Assembly (NCBI GenBank): GCA_030295235.1
Contig: AP026129.1
Coordinates: forward strand, 186,001 to 250,000
Direction of reading: 5' to 3'
Length of the DNA: 64,000 nt
DNA from: Fistulifera solaris
Lineage: Eukaryota
How positions within the stretch are numbered: the first letter of the stretch is position 1; each line of letters begins with the position of its first letter. The notes below the pieces were generated by a model, which saw only the letters and a list, made by a program, of their open reading frames with translations, made no database searches and was not told the DNA's origin. The position numbers and the translations under genes are program-made. This document shows, in pieces, positions 48,470 through 61,200 of this stretch.

Positions 48470-50699
48470 TTACGCAATGTATAAAATTTAATTCCAAGTT
48501 CATGTACGCATTATTTTCCTTTTCAGCAACCGTTATGCAAACTCAACTGAAGCGTCCCAACCTGCACGCGCTTGATTGTTCCCTGCATCTCAAAGCTTCG
48601 CGTCCTCTGCAGCAATGCAAATTTCATCCCGTAGGCGACAATCTTTGACTCCACTGTTTGCAAGAGGGAAACTTTTGCTGCACTTCGATTTCAATCAGCA
48701 GAGAAGTGAATGAAACAATGAGATGCTTTACGATGCAAAACAAACGTTCACGAGGTTCTCACACGACACTCATGTCGTGTTCACCAACTTTCACATGCAT
48801 TCACGTGTAACTGTTACTATCTTCAACCAAGCAACGCACTTAGCTATCTATCTTATCAATCTATCCATTCCAATCCGCTTCTTTTCGTATTACAACACAA
48901 TATCCCGCTGCAATAACAGCAATGAAACTTCACAGTCCGCAACACAACAGCCTTGCTTGTAATTTGCCCTGTCAAAAAAATAATCAAGAGCATCCATAGA
49001 GCGCCATGTACCAATGTACCACCAAGCTGCATAATAAGTGACAAGTATCTTGAAAGTGACTACAAGAGAAAATGATTTCACATGTTCTTCTTCACCAAAT
49101 GTTGCGTGGCTATTTCACTATTCAACCTCGGACCGCGAAGAATATCTCCGTGCATCTTTACGTGAGAAGGAGGACTGATATACAAAACTTTATTGTGATC
49201 CGATTTTCCGGGATTGCGCAACTCTACGTGCATAGTTCTATTGTTCCTTTGAATCCAATCGAATTTATGACATGTTCAGCTGTCGTTTGGTGGTCCAAGC
49301 TGTCAGCGGAGAAAACGCGTGTGATCTGGCACAAAGATCACATAAAAGATAGCATCGTGCAACTGGCACGTGCAAGTCGGTCGCTCTTCAGACTGTTGGT
49401 CTCGATCGTCTCTTTCGCCGGCTTCGCAAGTTGTAAGGTTACATTAATCACGTCGACATCCCTTGATAGATGCAAGTCTTCTTTGACCATAGCGAAGACG
49501 ATCACACAATGTTCTATTGTGGCAAGGACAGTGCGTGTTCTCACTCATCATACTTTGTACTGCAGGCACGCATGCGACTGCTATCATCATCATTTATCTA
49601 AACTAGAAGATACTTTTTTCTTGAAAGAAGATTAGAGTCTCAAAGCATCAAGCGCAAGCAAGTCTCGTTTTTCGTGTTGCAGTACCTGGTATGAAGGAGA
49701 TATTTTTGAGGTACTCTTGTCTCTTGTCAATTTGGTTTGAACTAAATGAACAACTGCTACCTGGAAATGGCGTTAAAACTCTGCCTCGTCGTGGATGCTA
49801 CGTAGAATCTTGTACCTTGTACCACAGGCAGAATTTTAACGTCATGTCATGACCTGGTAACGTACCAGGTACCAGGTACGAACTACGAACAACAAGAAAG
49901 AAAAACGGAGTAACTCCGGATCGTTGAGAGTATCAATCAGGAAGAAGTTTATTTCTGTTTCGGGGCTTCTTTCAAATGACGTGTGTGACGTCTGACGTGA
50001 GACAAATAAGTTGCATGTTGCATGTGGCATTCATTTCTTCGGAGTGACGAACGACGGAACACGAAGTTGTGCAAGTAGTAATTCTCTTTTCAAGTTTTCT
50101 TGTCAATCGAAACGCATAAAGTTCCCAATAGCGAAAGAAAACTTGGTGGGCGTGATGCTCTCTGTTTGACGTTCGAACTGCCACCTTCTTGAAGCACGAC
50201 GATTATTTGAGCTGAAGCAAATTCGTAGACGCCGTGCCTTGACTTTGTGGAAACATTGTTCACTACCTCTGATCTCCCATCGTCATGTACTGTAACACTA
50301 GACAGAAAAGATAGACTATTGAGAGATGTGTAGTCGAGGCGAGTGTTGAGGATGGTATCATGTATCACCATTGTGGTGGTCTACTGATTACTATCCCCTG
50401 ACTTGGGTTCAAATGTGACTCCCAGAATCACGTGGGCGAAATTTCAAACTGTACTATAGTAATTTATGTACTTATGTGGCCGAAGGCTGACGATGGGTCC
50501 TCGTAGAAAGAAGTGAGTCATTTGCATCGAACTGACGACCGTGGTGAGAAGGGAACGAAAAGTACAACTACCTCCCCATTCAGATCTCCTTCAACCCAAT
50601 CAAAGAGCTCCAAACGAAACCTTTCTACCATCGTCATTCCGCACGCTTTTCCATCCTTCCAGAAAAGCTCACTGTTCAGTTATTTTCTTCATCTTCGCA

Positions 50700-51653
50700 A
50701 TGAAAATGCTGCAGCAAGACGATGTATTGATTCTCGAATCAAGAGACAGCATTCACAAGATGCTCGCTCTTGAAGCATCAATGAAGTGCGGCGATGGAGA
50801 AGAAAACGCGGCTTCAAACGAAGGCGTCAACTCGCTCTGGAGGCAAAAAGTTGCTCTTTGGTGCTATCAAGTTGTCGATCATCTCGAAGAAGAGCGTTCA
50901 ACCGTTTATGTTGCAATGAATATTCTCGATCGCTTTTGCTCTGCCTTGCATAGTCGAGCTGGAATGGATGAACACGCCTACGAGGTTGCCTCGATGACAG
51001 CGCTTTTCTTGGCTGTGCGTATTGCCGGTTCTGGCAATCTTGAGATGTCAGAACTGTTATCGATGAGTCGAAAAGGAATTTCGTCACAAGATATCATGCT
51101 GACGGGTACATCGATCATAGAAACGCTCGACCTTTCGAAACGCATCCTTACGCCATTCGACTTTATTGCATCTTTGGCGGATCACCTCCCGCTATCACTC
51201 AAGGCAGATGCCTCGCGACTTCGTGATTCTGCATGCTACCTTGCAGAAATGGCTGTTTGTGACACTGTCCTGTCTTCCTTTAAAGCGTCTGAAGTCGCCT
51301 TTGTTGCTTTTGTAAATTCCATCGAGGAAATGGTGTCCAAATCAGAAGCCAGTGTGTTTGGCTCTTTTGTTGCGAAAGCAACCGACATTATTCCCTCTTC
51401 AAGCGAAACCGCTCGTATCAGCCGTCGCCTTCGCGGAATCTACCAAAAACAAAGACAGGATTCACGATCTCCCAGTGCGCAACAAGCGGAAGCTCAGCCT
51501 GTGGTTGCACACGCGCATTCACCTCTTGTCCGCGTCGTATCCGTTGACGACTTACAAGAGTTTTCCAAGCAACGATCAGGATTGAAGCGATGCCAAAGCG
51601 AATACAGCCTTGATGAAGACTATCAAATGAAGCGATCAAGATACCATGACTAA
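50700..51653 (+). CDS. Cyclin (diatom-specific cyclin type)
   Basis: Cyclin box WRQKVALWCYQVVDH...TVYVAMNILDRF, ASMTALFLAVR, TPFDF, YLAEMAVCD. Confidence 0.85.
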   Translation: MKMLQQDDVLILESRDSIHKMLALEASMKCGDGEENAASNEGVNSLWRQKVALWCYQVVDHLEEERSTVYVAMNILDRFCSALHSRAGMDEHAYEVASMTALFLAVRIAGSGNLEMSELLSMSRKGISSQDIMLTGTSIIETLDLSKRILTPFDFIASLADHLPLSLKADASRLRDSACYLAEMAVCDTVLSSFKASEVAFVAFVNSIEEMVSKSEASVFGSFVAKATDIIPSSSETARISRRLRGIYQKQRQDSRSPSAQQAEAQPVVAHAHSPLVRVVSVDDLQEFSKQRSGLKRCQSEYSLDEDYQMKRSRYHD

Positions 51654-52396
51654 AGTTCCATCTCCATGGACCGTGTACATACAAGAGCGACCCTTGTCCT
51701 CTTTTTAGAAGATTTTCTTTCACATCAACAGAATTATCCCTCACTGTCTAAATAGGGTTCTCCATCGATGCCTTTCAAAACCATGACGTTCAAATTACAC
51801 TTATTTCGGACGGAAGGCACGTACAACACATTCTTCCAACTAGAAAAACATGTACAGCAAATAATTATAAATCATTGTTTCTCAGGAACTTTCCCGCATA
51901 ACTTTTTTGTATAAAATACGGTTGCTTATTTAAAGGAAATAGGAAAGAAACTGGTGTAGACTCATGAAGCCTTAGTTCATAATGCTGCGGATAGAGTTCG
52001 TGATAAAGTGATGTCGTTGACGTGTGATGAGAACTGCTCACAGGCTTCTCAACAAGCATCAAGACCACGAAACTCGAGATCGCCGCAACTTCAATGTCTA
52101 ACTTGTACCGATATGACATCATCAGTTTCCTCTGATTTTTTTGTCGCACCACAAACGCTTCATGGCTCTGAACTCCGAACATGGCCAGATGCACCACGTG
52201 GAAGTTTCAAAAGTGATTGCTGGAACTGCTCGCAAACTTGCTTTCGTTTCGTTTGCGAACATCCGACCTGCCCATCAAAACGCTCGGCTTGATTATTTGA
52301 CATACAAACAACTTCAATCATCGAACAATTTTAGTAAAAAAGGCATCGCGGGTAACGTAGACTTGACTCTGTCATAGAGCGTATTCAAACCAGATC

Positions 52397-54749
52397 ATGA
52401 GACTCGAAAAACGATTGCTGGTAGCATTTCTTTCGTCGGCCTGCTCCAACCACTCTTTGTGGGCAACGGCATCGGCTGGAGGCAACCCTGGAGGCCATGG
52501 TTATCAGACACACGGCTACATGCAGCAGCAGGGTTCAAATTGGGGGTCTAATGAAGGCTCATATAGTCAACCGAACGATCGCGCTGCCCCACCTCCTCTT
52601 CCTGCTGGATGGTCCGAGCATTTCGATCCTTCCTCGGGCCAGCCGTACTATTACAACGCAGCTGACGGCACAACAACATGGGATCGTCCACAAGTTGTAG
52701 TAGCAGAAGATATCAACGAGTCGAAAGAAGATGCAACCCCGGAGTATTCAAACTTTTCTGGAGAAGAAAAGCGCCCCTCGCTCGATTCCGATTTTTCGAA
52801 TGAGGCTGAGGTAACCGATGAAAAACCAGCTCAAGAGAGCGAAAATGAGCCAACCTTTCGCGACTACAGTGCATTAGGTGCCAGAGAGGGACAAACTAGC
52901 GATTTGGGCAGCGGAGACCAGCCAATTAGCGAGCAGAAACCACAAGAGACGCAACAATCCTCCCAGAGACCATGGGGTGTTCCTCAAGGAATCCAACAGC
53001 CGTCCACTGAAGGCCTGAATCGAGATGTTTATCGCTCGTCTTTCGAGCCAACTTCTTCGAATCAATATCAGAATAACAATGCGCACCAGACTGGGCAAGA
53101 GCAGTTTTCTAACCGTCGTCCTGAACAGCGTCAATTCGAACCGTCGGGGCCATCAACGCAGGAAACCGAAATCGATGCTCGAGTTAAACCTTTTGGTCAG
53201 GGACCAGGACAGGTGCTAGGTCAGCCTCCTCAGCAGAGGGATAAGTACCAATCAGTGCACCAAGGAAGTCATTCAGCTCCGCGTAGGCCAACCTTTCAAG
53301 AGGAAACCAGTCCGAAGGAGGAGGAAAAGAAAGATTTAGAGCTCCCGCCCCGTTCGTTCGCACAAAGACATCAGCAGCAACAGACAGAACCAGAGTCGAT
53401 TTCCCAGCGACCGTTGCAGTCACAGCCAGTAGCATCTGCCAATATAACACAGACGGAGGCACCCAGATTTTCGCAAGCTTCTGGTCCAGCGTTCGTACCT
53501 AGACAGCCTGTCCCGGGAGCACCGTTGCGGCCGCAGCCGACGACTTTTCAAAGAGATCAAGGTTACCCAAGCGGCGGGCAGCACCATGGAGAACGAGTAA
53601 ACAACGAACAGCTTCAACGAACTACTCCGCCTCCCCAACAGCAGCAGCAGCTTCCTCCTCCCAATTTGCAGTCTCCTCCACAGCAAAGTCAATACAACCC
53701 GCCACAATATGCCCAAAGGCCTCCATCGGCGCACAATCAGCAACATCAATATGCTCTAGGATCGCCACAGGGTCAGTATGGCTACGGACAACAGGATGCT
53801 GCAGGTCAGAATCCGTATGGGCAGTATCCAAGAGAACATGCGCAAGCACAGTATGGGCAATACGGACAATACGGTCAAAACGGACAGTACTCTCAGCAGT
53901 ATGGAGGCCCTTCCCATCAAGGAGGGTCAGGCCAGCTCGTTTCTCAGGAAGAAACAGTGGGTGGAGCTTTGCGCGGGGCTTTCGGAAGTGCCTGGCAAGG
54001 ACTGGTTGGTTTTGGCAATCGAACCATGACGGCGGTAGAAAGTGCGAAGAATACTGTCGTGTCAGGTGCCCGAGAAGCCACGCAAACAATCTCATCGACG
54101 AGCTCAAGTAAGTAAATTGAGAGCGATTCCATCGTTTAGTTTTGCATATTTCTCACAATATTCTGCAGATTTACTGACCCAGGCCAAAGGCACCCTGAGT
54201 TCTGTTTTTGAAGGGGGAAGTGAATCAGCTGTTGATCAGTATTCGTTGACTGGTCGTTATGGAGCTCCTCCTGCATCGGGTTATGGTGCACAATCACAGG
54301 GTCAGCCTTATCCAGGCTACCCTTATCAGCAGCGACCAAGACCACAAGGTCAAAACTATCCGCCTCAAGGACAATATCCACCGCAGGGTCATTCTCTTCC
54401 GCAGGGTAACTATCCTCCTTCAGGAAAGTACCCGCCTACCGGTCAGTACCCTCCTGGATACAATCCACCGCAACCCCGTGATGACCCTCCTTATCCTCAA
54501 GCTCAGCAAGAACAACGTCCGCCCCACGGGCGCCCTATGCAATACCAATGGCAGCAGCCTCCTGGGTACGCTGGTCAACAATCTGGCGAATCACGACAGC
54601 AGCCCCCTGTTCAGCAACGAGGTGCTCCGTATCCTCAACAACGCCGCAATCCTGGTCCCGGCGACCAGCAGCCGCAGCAACAACTACCACAAGGACAACA
54701 AGCTCAGGACCCTTGGCAACATCCTGGCTTAGGACCAGATGGATATTAA
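52397..54749 (+). CDS. WW-domain, Gln/Pro/Tyr-rich protein with N-terminal signal-like peptide
   Basis: LPAGWSEHFDPSSGQPYYYNAADGTTTWDRP; intron 54108-54168 joins ORFs 52397 and 54042 in frame; YPPxG repeats. Confidence 0.8.
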
Positions 54750-54791
54750 AGTCGAATAATAGCGAAATTAATTCCGAAGTGTTCTATAATA

Positions 54792-55883
54792 TTACAGTTG
54801 GGAAAGTATAAGTTTCAGAGCCTCCTCCGAAGCTTTTGTCATATCTGACTCTTGTTCGAATGTCTTTGTGAATTGAGAAGGGTTGCTATGTACCGTGTCT
54901 TCCATAGATGATGAATGAAGACTAGGTATGTATGCATGAGAACATGCCATTGCCATTTCAATGTCATTGTCGTCGTCGCAGATGCAGACGGTATCGGATA
55001 GCAGCTCGTTTTCGCTAGCAGGATCAGGATATACATTTCTCGCCAGATATTCACAGCTGCATGCAAGATAGTCAGTGCAGTGAGCGATGAAATATGAAGA
55101 GCTGAGATGGTTGTGATACTTACCAGTTCTTCTTGCCAGAAGCGGTTGGATAAAAGTCGATGGCACCTAAATTGGTACTTGTGGCAAGACCTGGCGGGCA
55201 GGAAATCTTCCCGTTCAATAAATCATCAAAAGTTGTTCCCCTTGTTTGCTTTGCTGACTCCTGTGTACTCTAAAACATGTTGAATAGCTTTTGCAATCAA
55301 TCACCAGATCTTTAAGCTCCAAGCTTGCTGCAAATTCCCATAACAACCCAGATCTTTGTGAAATGGGGAGCGGATCTTGGGTTTGTTCGTAAGCCAATTC
55401 ATTTCCAATAAAACCCTCTTTACCAGCAGCACCTTTGTCTTCCCATCGCTTGCGCCATTCCATATCTTCTTGCAAACCAAATTTATCCAACATTTGGGCC
55501 CCTTCATACTGCACAGGTTGACATGTATATTGCCCGTCGACAGGAGATACGCGATAGAAAATACGCCCTCCGGCTTCTGTGCAGTAGACGTCCGCTTCGG
55601 GCAAAAAAGGTAGTCGACTGATCAAAGTGGAAGTGCGCATGCCACTGATCAGCACCAATTTGACACCACGTTTGCGTAGTTCTTGTGCGTACAACAAGGT
55701 TTGTGCTGATATGACGCCTCTCGTCCCCGTCGCACTCGGCGGTAACTGCAATATAGGTTCCGAGTGTTCACGTGCATATTGCGCAGCATCTGTCGGATAA
55801 TGAATAAGCGTTCCATCTAGATCACTGAAGACAATGCGAATGCGTGGCTTTTCGACGTTGGTGTTGATGTCGCTTGTCGTCAT
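54792..55883 (-). CDS. HAD-superfamily hydrolase (Cof/sucrose-phosphatase-like)
   Basis: IVFSDLDGTL, ISGMR, SGKKN, ICDDDND. Intron 55057-55123; frameshift ~55230. May start upstream (55988 or 56003) with a signal-like peptide. Confidence 0.8.
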
Positions 55884-56893
55884 TTTGTGAATTGCTGAAA
55901 GCTGTTCGGTGATGCTGCTAGCAGCGGTCAATAGGCTGATAAGACTATTAGAAACAAGAAATAATAAGTACCAGTAGATTAATAGCATTCTCCTGCACTT
56001 CATTCATTTACTACCCCGGAGTGTAAGGTTTACGTGGTTCTTGCATTGAAATGACAAGAAACAATTGTTGTCTTCCATAGTTACTGTAGACTTAAAAGTA
56101 AGCGCCTTTCCTCCACGACTGCAATTCAGTCATGAGTCAAGTTTTGACGAGACACGAGACAGGCTGCTGCCTGCTGCCCCATTATTATTTCTCAATCTTT
56201 CGGCGAGCTGCAAGTGTCGTCATTCGTCATGATTGGAAAAAGGCAGGCTATTTCCGTCGAAGTTCTCGGAAGCCACGACTGCAATCCAGTCGTGAATCAT
56301 CAGTTTCATCTTTCTTCTAGGTTCGTAAAGAGCAATTGTCGTTCTTATTGTGAGGCAATTTTGTGCATTGTTTTTAATGCAAACGTTGACCATTTGCGTC
56401 GAAAAGCTAGGAGGATCGTTTTCTTAAGTATTTACTGTATACTTCGTATAAGATATGTGGTGCGAGGTCGTGTCTGCATTCTAAATCAGTCAAGAGTTCC
56501 GCTCTTCGGTGACCTAGCATCTTTGTTTGGTGGGCATTTAGGTATCTATCTCAACTGGGTCGAGTTTGACGACGGGGTCTCTTTAAACGAAATGTGATGA
56601 TTAGCTAATTTGTCTGAAATTTTTCGTTTGTTTTGAAGGGATAGTACGCGATCAATCATGATAAATTCAAGCGATTCTATTAATAAAAATAAATTCAATT
56701 CGGCCCAGTTTCAACCAACCATCTCATTCACATGTACAATCAAAACTGCTGATAGCGACATCGCTTTTGTTAGAGGATGCTGCTGTTGAAATGGATTCGA
56801 GAGGACCTTACATATTAGACAAGACCCAAACAGTGAGTAAATGTAAGGGTCACTCAATAAAATAGACCAGCTTTCCAAACAAAGCGGCGGAAT

Positions 56894-57531
56894 TCAAGCT
56901 AAATTTGTGTCAAGAAGAAGACAGAGTCGACAGGCTGGTGCGCAGTTTGGAAGCATGAACAACCGGTTCGTTTCACATTCCCCTTGGAGGATCAGAAAGT
57001 GAGTTAGTGGCAACAGAAAAACGACAGCAACATGAAACCGTGCTTGTGTACGAACCTATATGCGTCCAAAACGCACAGAGCTCATTACGATTGCGGCTGG
57101 ACAGAAGTTACGAATTGCTGTTAGGCGTAGATGGCGGCTCACAATTTTAAATTCTCCTCATAATCACAGACGTACCAATATTGACGCACTTCTCGGTATT
57201 CCGGGTTAGACAGCACTTCTCCATAATAGTAAGCATCCATAGCATTCAACACCTTCTGAATGCCCCTACGTTCGAGTTCCGTTCCGTCTACTCGTTGCGG
57301 TAGACCAGTATCCATTTCTTTATAGGTGTCAGGGTCGAAGTGCTTTCTCACATCCATGGGATCATCCGAGCAGGTATAGGAGGTCGACGATGTATCGACG
57401 CAATAGCGGGCGTCTTGTGGAATGACATGTGTATGTTCCAGCGCACGATTACGCTCTTCGCGAGCGATGACTAGTTTGTTGAACAAAGTCAAAAGAAGAA
57501 GCGTTGTTTTGAGTATTTTTATCAAGGTCAT
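56894..57531 (-). CDS. Small secreted ShKT-domain protein (3 exons)
   Basis: Signal peptide MTLIKILKTTLLLLTLFNKLVIA. Splicing introns 57097-57175 and 56983-57055 gives CRNRNELCAFWTHIGECETNRLFMLPNCAPACRLC (six-Cys ShKT); stop 56894-56896. Confidence 0.8.
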
Positions 57532-57724
57532 CTTTCTGACAAATCTAATGTCTGTAATCCTATGCGGACTATGGCTAATACTGAATCGCACGGTCGCACG
57601 GAGTCAATTATTAGCTATAGAACGACAAATCAGCTTTGAAAGAAGGATATTGGTAACAACAAGAGCTTGACTGCAACTTCATTACGATTCGATTACGGCC
57701 TTTCTTTCCGTCATGAGAGAGCGC

Positions 57725-58234
57725 TGTTGAAATTTCTACCGCGGTCTGTAACTGCTCTCGGCTATCGGGGACTCCACACACCCCAGACGAAAGACTATTG
57801 AAACAACGAACTTTTGCTCCAAACACTCGTTTACAGAATTATGACGATTTCCTACGATTACTTTCGCTTTCCTCTTTTCACTGGTCTCCGATCTGATCTT
57901 GATCTGATCATGATCCGATCTTGCCAAGTCCATTTCTCCAATAACAACTTTAGGATAAAATAGCCCTTTCTGCCAATCCACCAGATTCTCCATTATTGCA
58001 TGTTCCTTAGCAACTAGCAACAGTCATCGTCCATAATTGCATACTGGATTCTTCCGTGATCCCAAATCCCCAAACATATAGTTCGAAACACTTCCGAGAC
58101 TCCTTTCACGAGTAGAATGCTTTCCCAATAAACTAGGCGGTCATTTCGAACCATTCCGACATCCGATGACGTGTCAACTCATGACTGAATAAATCTTTCA
58201 GTCCGACACTCAACCTCGACCTCGCTCTTTGACA
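57725..58234 (-). repeat. 3' LTR (510 bp)
   Basis: TGTTGAAATTT...CTTTGACA on + strand. Polypurine tract (GACAGGGAGGA on - strand) is adjacent at 58235-58245. Confidence 0.95.
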
Positions 58235-61200
58235 TCCTCCCTGTCGGCTGCTAAGATTAACTGCGTCATGAGTCCTTCTCTAACAACAGGCACCAAAAGA
58301 TCATGGATTTTCTCTGTCACATTCTTGGTTTCCAGATCTGCAATATTCCTTTCCGATCGAATAAACTTCACAACCAGCCTGGCTTCTTCCTTCTCCGTTG
58401 CAGCCATCATCTCCCTTATAAAATGCATTCGAATATCAATGTGTTTCGTCCTATTCCCCACAACTTGGTTTTCCATCAAGAAGATTGCGCCCGTGTTATC
58501 TTCAAACAAGGTAGCCGGTCGAATCTTCACCTTCGGAAACAATTCTTCGAATAACATCTGCAAAACTTGATGTCCGTCGCACACGTAGATGCCGCATAAT
58601 ATTCCGCCTCCGTACTTGACAGTGTCACCGCCGGTTGCAACTTGCTTGAAAAGCCACACAAACAACCTCCAATGGTAACAAAGTAGCCAGTAACACTTTT
58701 CCGCGTCTCCTTGTTCGTAGCAAAGTTTGAATCCACCCATGCGTAAACCTTCAAATTAACAGGCTCGCGCAACTTCAAATGAACGTCCGTACTCTCGAGA
58801 TAGCCGACCAATCTCTTCATCGCTCTCCAATGTTCTTCACCTGGCGAATCCATAAACATTGCAAGCTCCCTAACTGCATTTCCACATTCCGGAGCTACTT
58901 TCCGCACCAGCCACATGAGACGTCCGAGAAACTTCCGATACTGATCCTTATTAACTGGATCGCCTTCGTTCTTCACAAGCGATTCCCCTGGATAGCCCGG
59001 TGTCTTCTCAGCTTTCAACGGTCCAATCAGCTCCTTCCAATCCTTTACTATCTCGTCTTTGTACTCATCCATTCGCACTTCGTAGAACTCTCCTGCTTCA
59101 TCCGATTTTCTCTCGTACCAAACTCCCAAGTGTTTCTGAATCGGGCCCATTTCGGTAATGTTGAAGCGCTTCTTGATCTCTCTCTTGAACCAATTGATTT
59201 CTTCTTGGGGACCGGCAAGGATACAATCATCGACATACACCACAATGATTAATACTGTCTCGCCGTTCACCACTTTAAACCAGACACACGGATCCGCAGC
59301 ACTCTGAATAAGCCCCAGCTTCCTCAATTGGGCACAGTAGAGCATGAAGTACTCTCGTGGACTCTGGACCAAACCGTACATCGCCCTCTCCAATAGGATG
59401 ATGTAGTCAATTAACTCTTCATGCGTGATGTACCCAAACTCATATAGCCCAAAGGGCCATTCAAGATACACCTCCTCTCTCAACTTCGCTTCTAGAAACG
59501 CAGCCTCAACGTCAATAACTTCAGTGACCCACATCTTCTTCCACATGTAAAGTACCACTGCCAAAACCATTCGAACCGACATGTCCGATGCAACAGGTGA
59601 ATGCGAAGAGTGAAGTCCACACCAGGGATTTGAACAAACCCCCGGCACAAGTCCGAGCTTTGAAACGAATTCCCGTTGCCTCTTTCTTCTTTTTGAAAAT
59701 CCACTTCGGCGTAACAGGCTTCCGTCCTCTCTCCTTCATCTGCTTTCTAGGAACCATCTTCCAAGCATCTCTTTTAATGAAATTTTCAATCTCCTTCTTC
59801 ATTGCCTCTTTCCACTTGTCTGCATCCGGACCAACCAAGGCTTCCTTGTAAGTTTTCGGCGCACCAGGATCCGACGCCAACTCCGTATTCAAAACGTAGT
59901 GAAAATAACCTTCCGACACATCGATTGTATTGATCTCTCCTTTGGCGCTTCATTGTTGGGTTATATGAAGTGTCCAGCCTTGCCATTTCTCTATTCAGTC
60001 TTTTCATCGTCGATTGCGTCTCTTTCCGTTGATTCGGTGCTGGAGTATTGTCCGCCGTAGCCTCGGGTACCAGAGCTTCCGTAGGACCTTCCACAGCCAC
60101 TTCGACAACTTCCTCTGCCGCTTTCTCTTCCACAACTTTCCTCCCAGAGCTTCCGTAGGACCTTCCACAGCCACTTCGACAACTTCCTCTGCCGCTTTCT
60201 CTTCCACAACTTTCCTCCCTGCTCCAGCATCGACATCTTCGAGCATCACCGGTTTGATTGCGACTTCCTCCCCAATTTGGTCATCCTTTAAGTCGACTTC
60301 CATTCCAGCTGCAAACATCCTTAACTCTGATGCAACTGAAGCACTCGATCCATGCCAGTCTGCCCAAGTGACGTCACGTGAGAGAATGACAATATTTTCA
60401 TCCGGCTTGTAAACACGATACGTATCGCCCGCATGCGAATCCGCGTACCCAACCATCACGCATTTCACTGACTTCTTCTCCAACTTGGGCTGTTTGTTTC
60501 GTAAAGTCACATATCCGATCCGCCCCCACTGAACCAAGTGTTTCAGTATCTTAGGATGCTCGCCGTACCACGCATAATCAGGGCTCGATTCCACATTCCG
60601 ATTCGGGACAGCGTTATCCAACTTCGTTGCCGTGTGAACAGCCTCGGGCCATAACTTTCCTTGATGCTCATCCGACAACTTCGCCGCCAACATCATCGCA
60701 AGGGCCTTATCGCGAATTGTCGTGAACTTCCTCTCAACAACACCGTTCATCTGCGGAGTATGCGGGGCAGTAAACTCCATAGTTATGCCCCTCGCCTCAC
60801 AGATCTCCTTGAATGTTCCGTTCTCGCCTGCATTATCACACCGAATGTACTTTACGATTACGTTCGGATCTCCTTTCAAGCGATCAAGAAATAGCGTCAT
60901 GACTTTGCCAATCATCGACTTCTTTGTAACGAAGTAACTCCAAGCTTTGCGCGTGTAATCATCCACCAATAAGATCCAGTAGCAACTCTGTCCCAACGAT
61001 TTCTTGTAGGGCCCACTCGTGTCCACGTAGAATCGTTCTCCTTTCGCCGTTGCTTTGATAGCCGTCGACTTGCACACCGCCTTTGCTTTCGCCTTCGCAT
61101 ACGCGCACGCCTCGCATGTCTCCTTGGTTCCAGTTAACTCGATTCCCAACTGTTTCATGAGACTCTTCAAAGGAATGTCGCTTGCGTGTCCGTACATATC

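Noticed and set aside
48723..49635. ORFs 49072..49635 (+) and 49338..49544 (-) as genes
   Set aside because: No recognisable motif or consistent frame in any translation tried; left unannotated.
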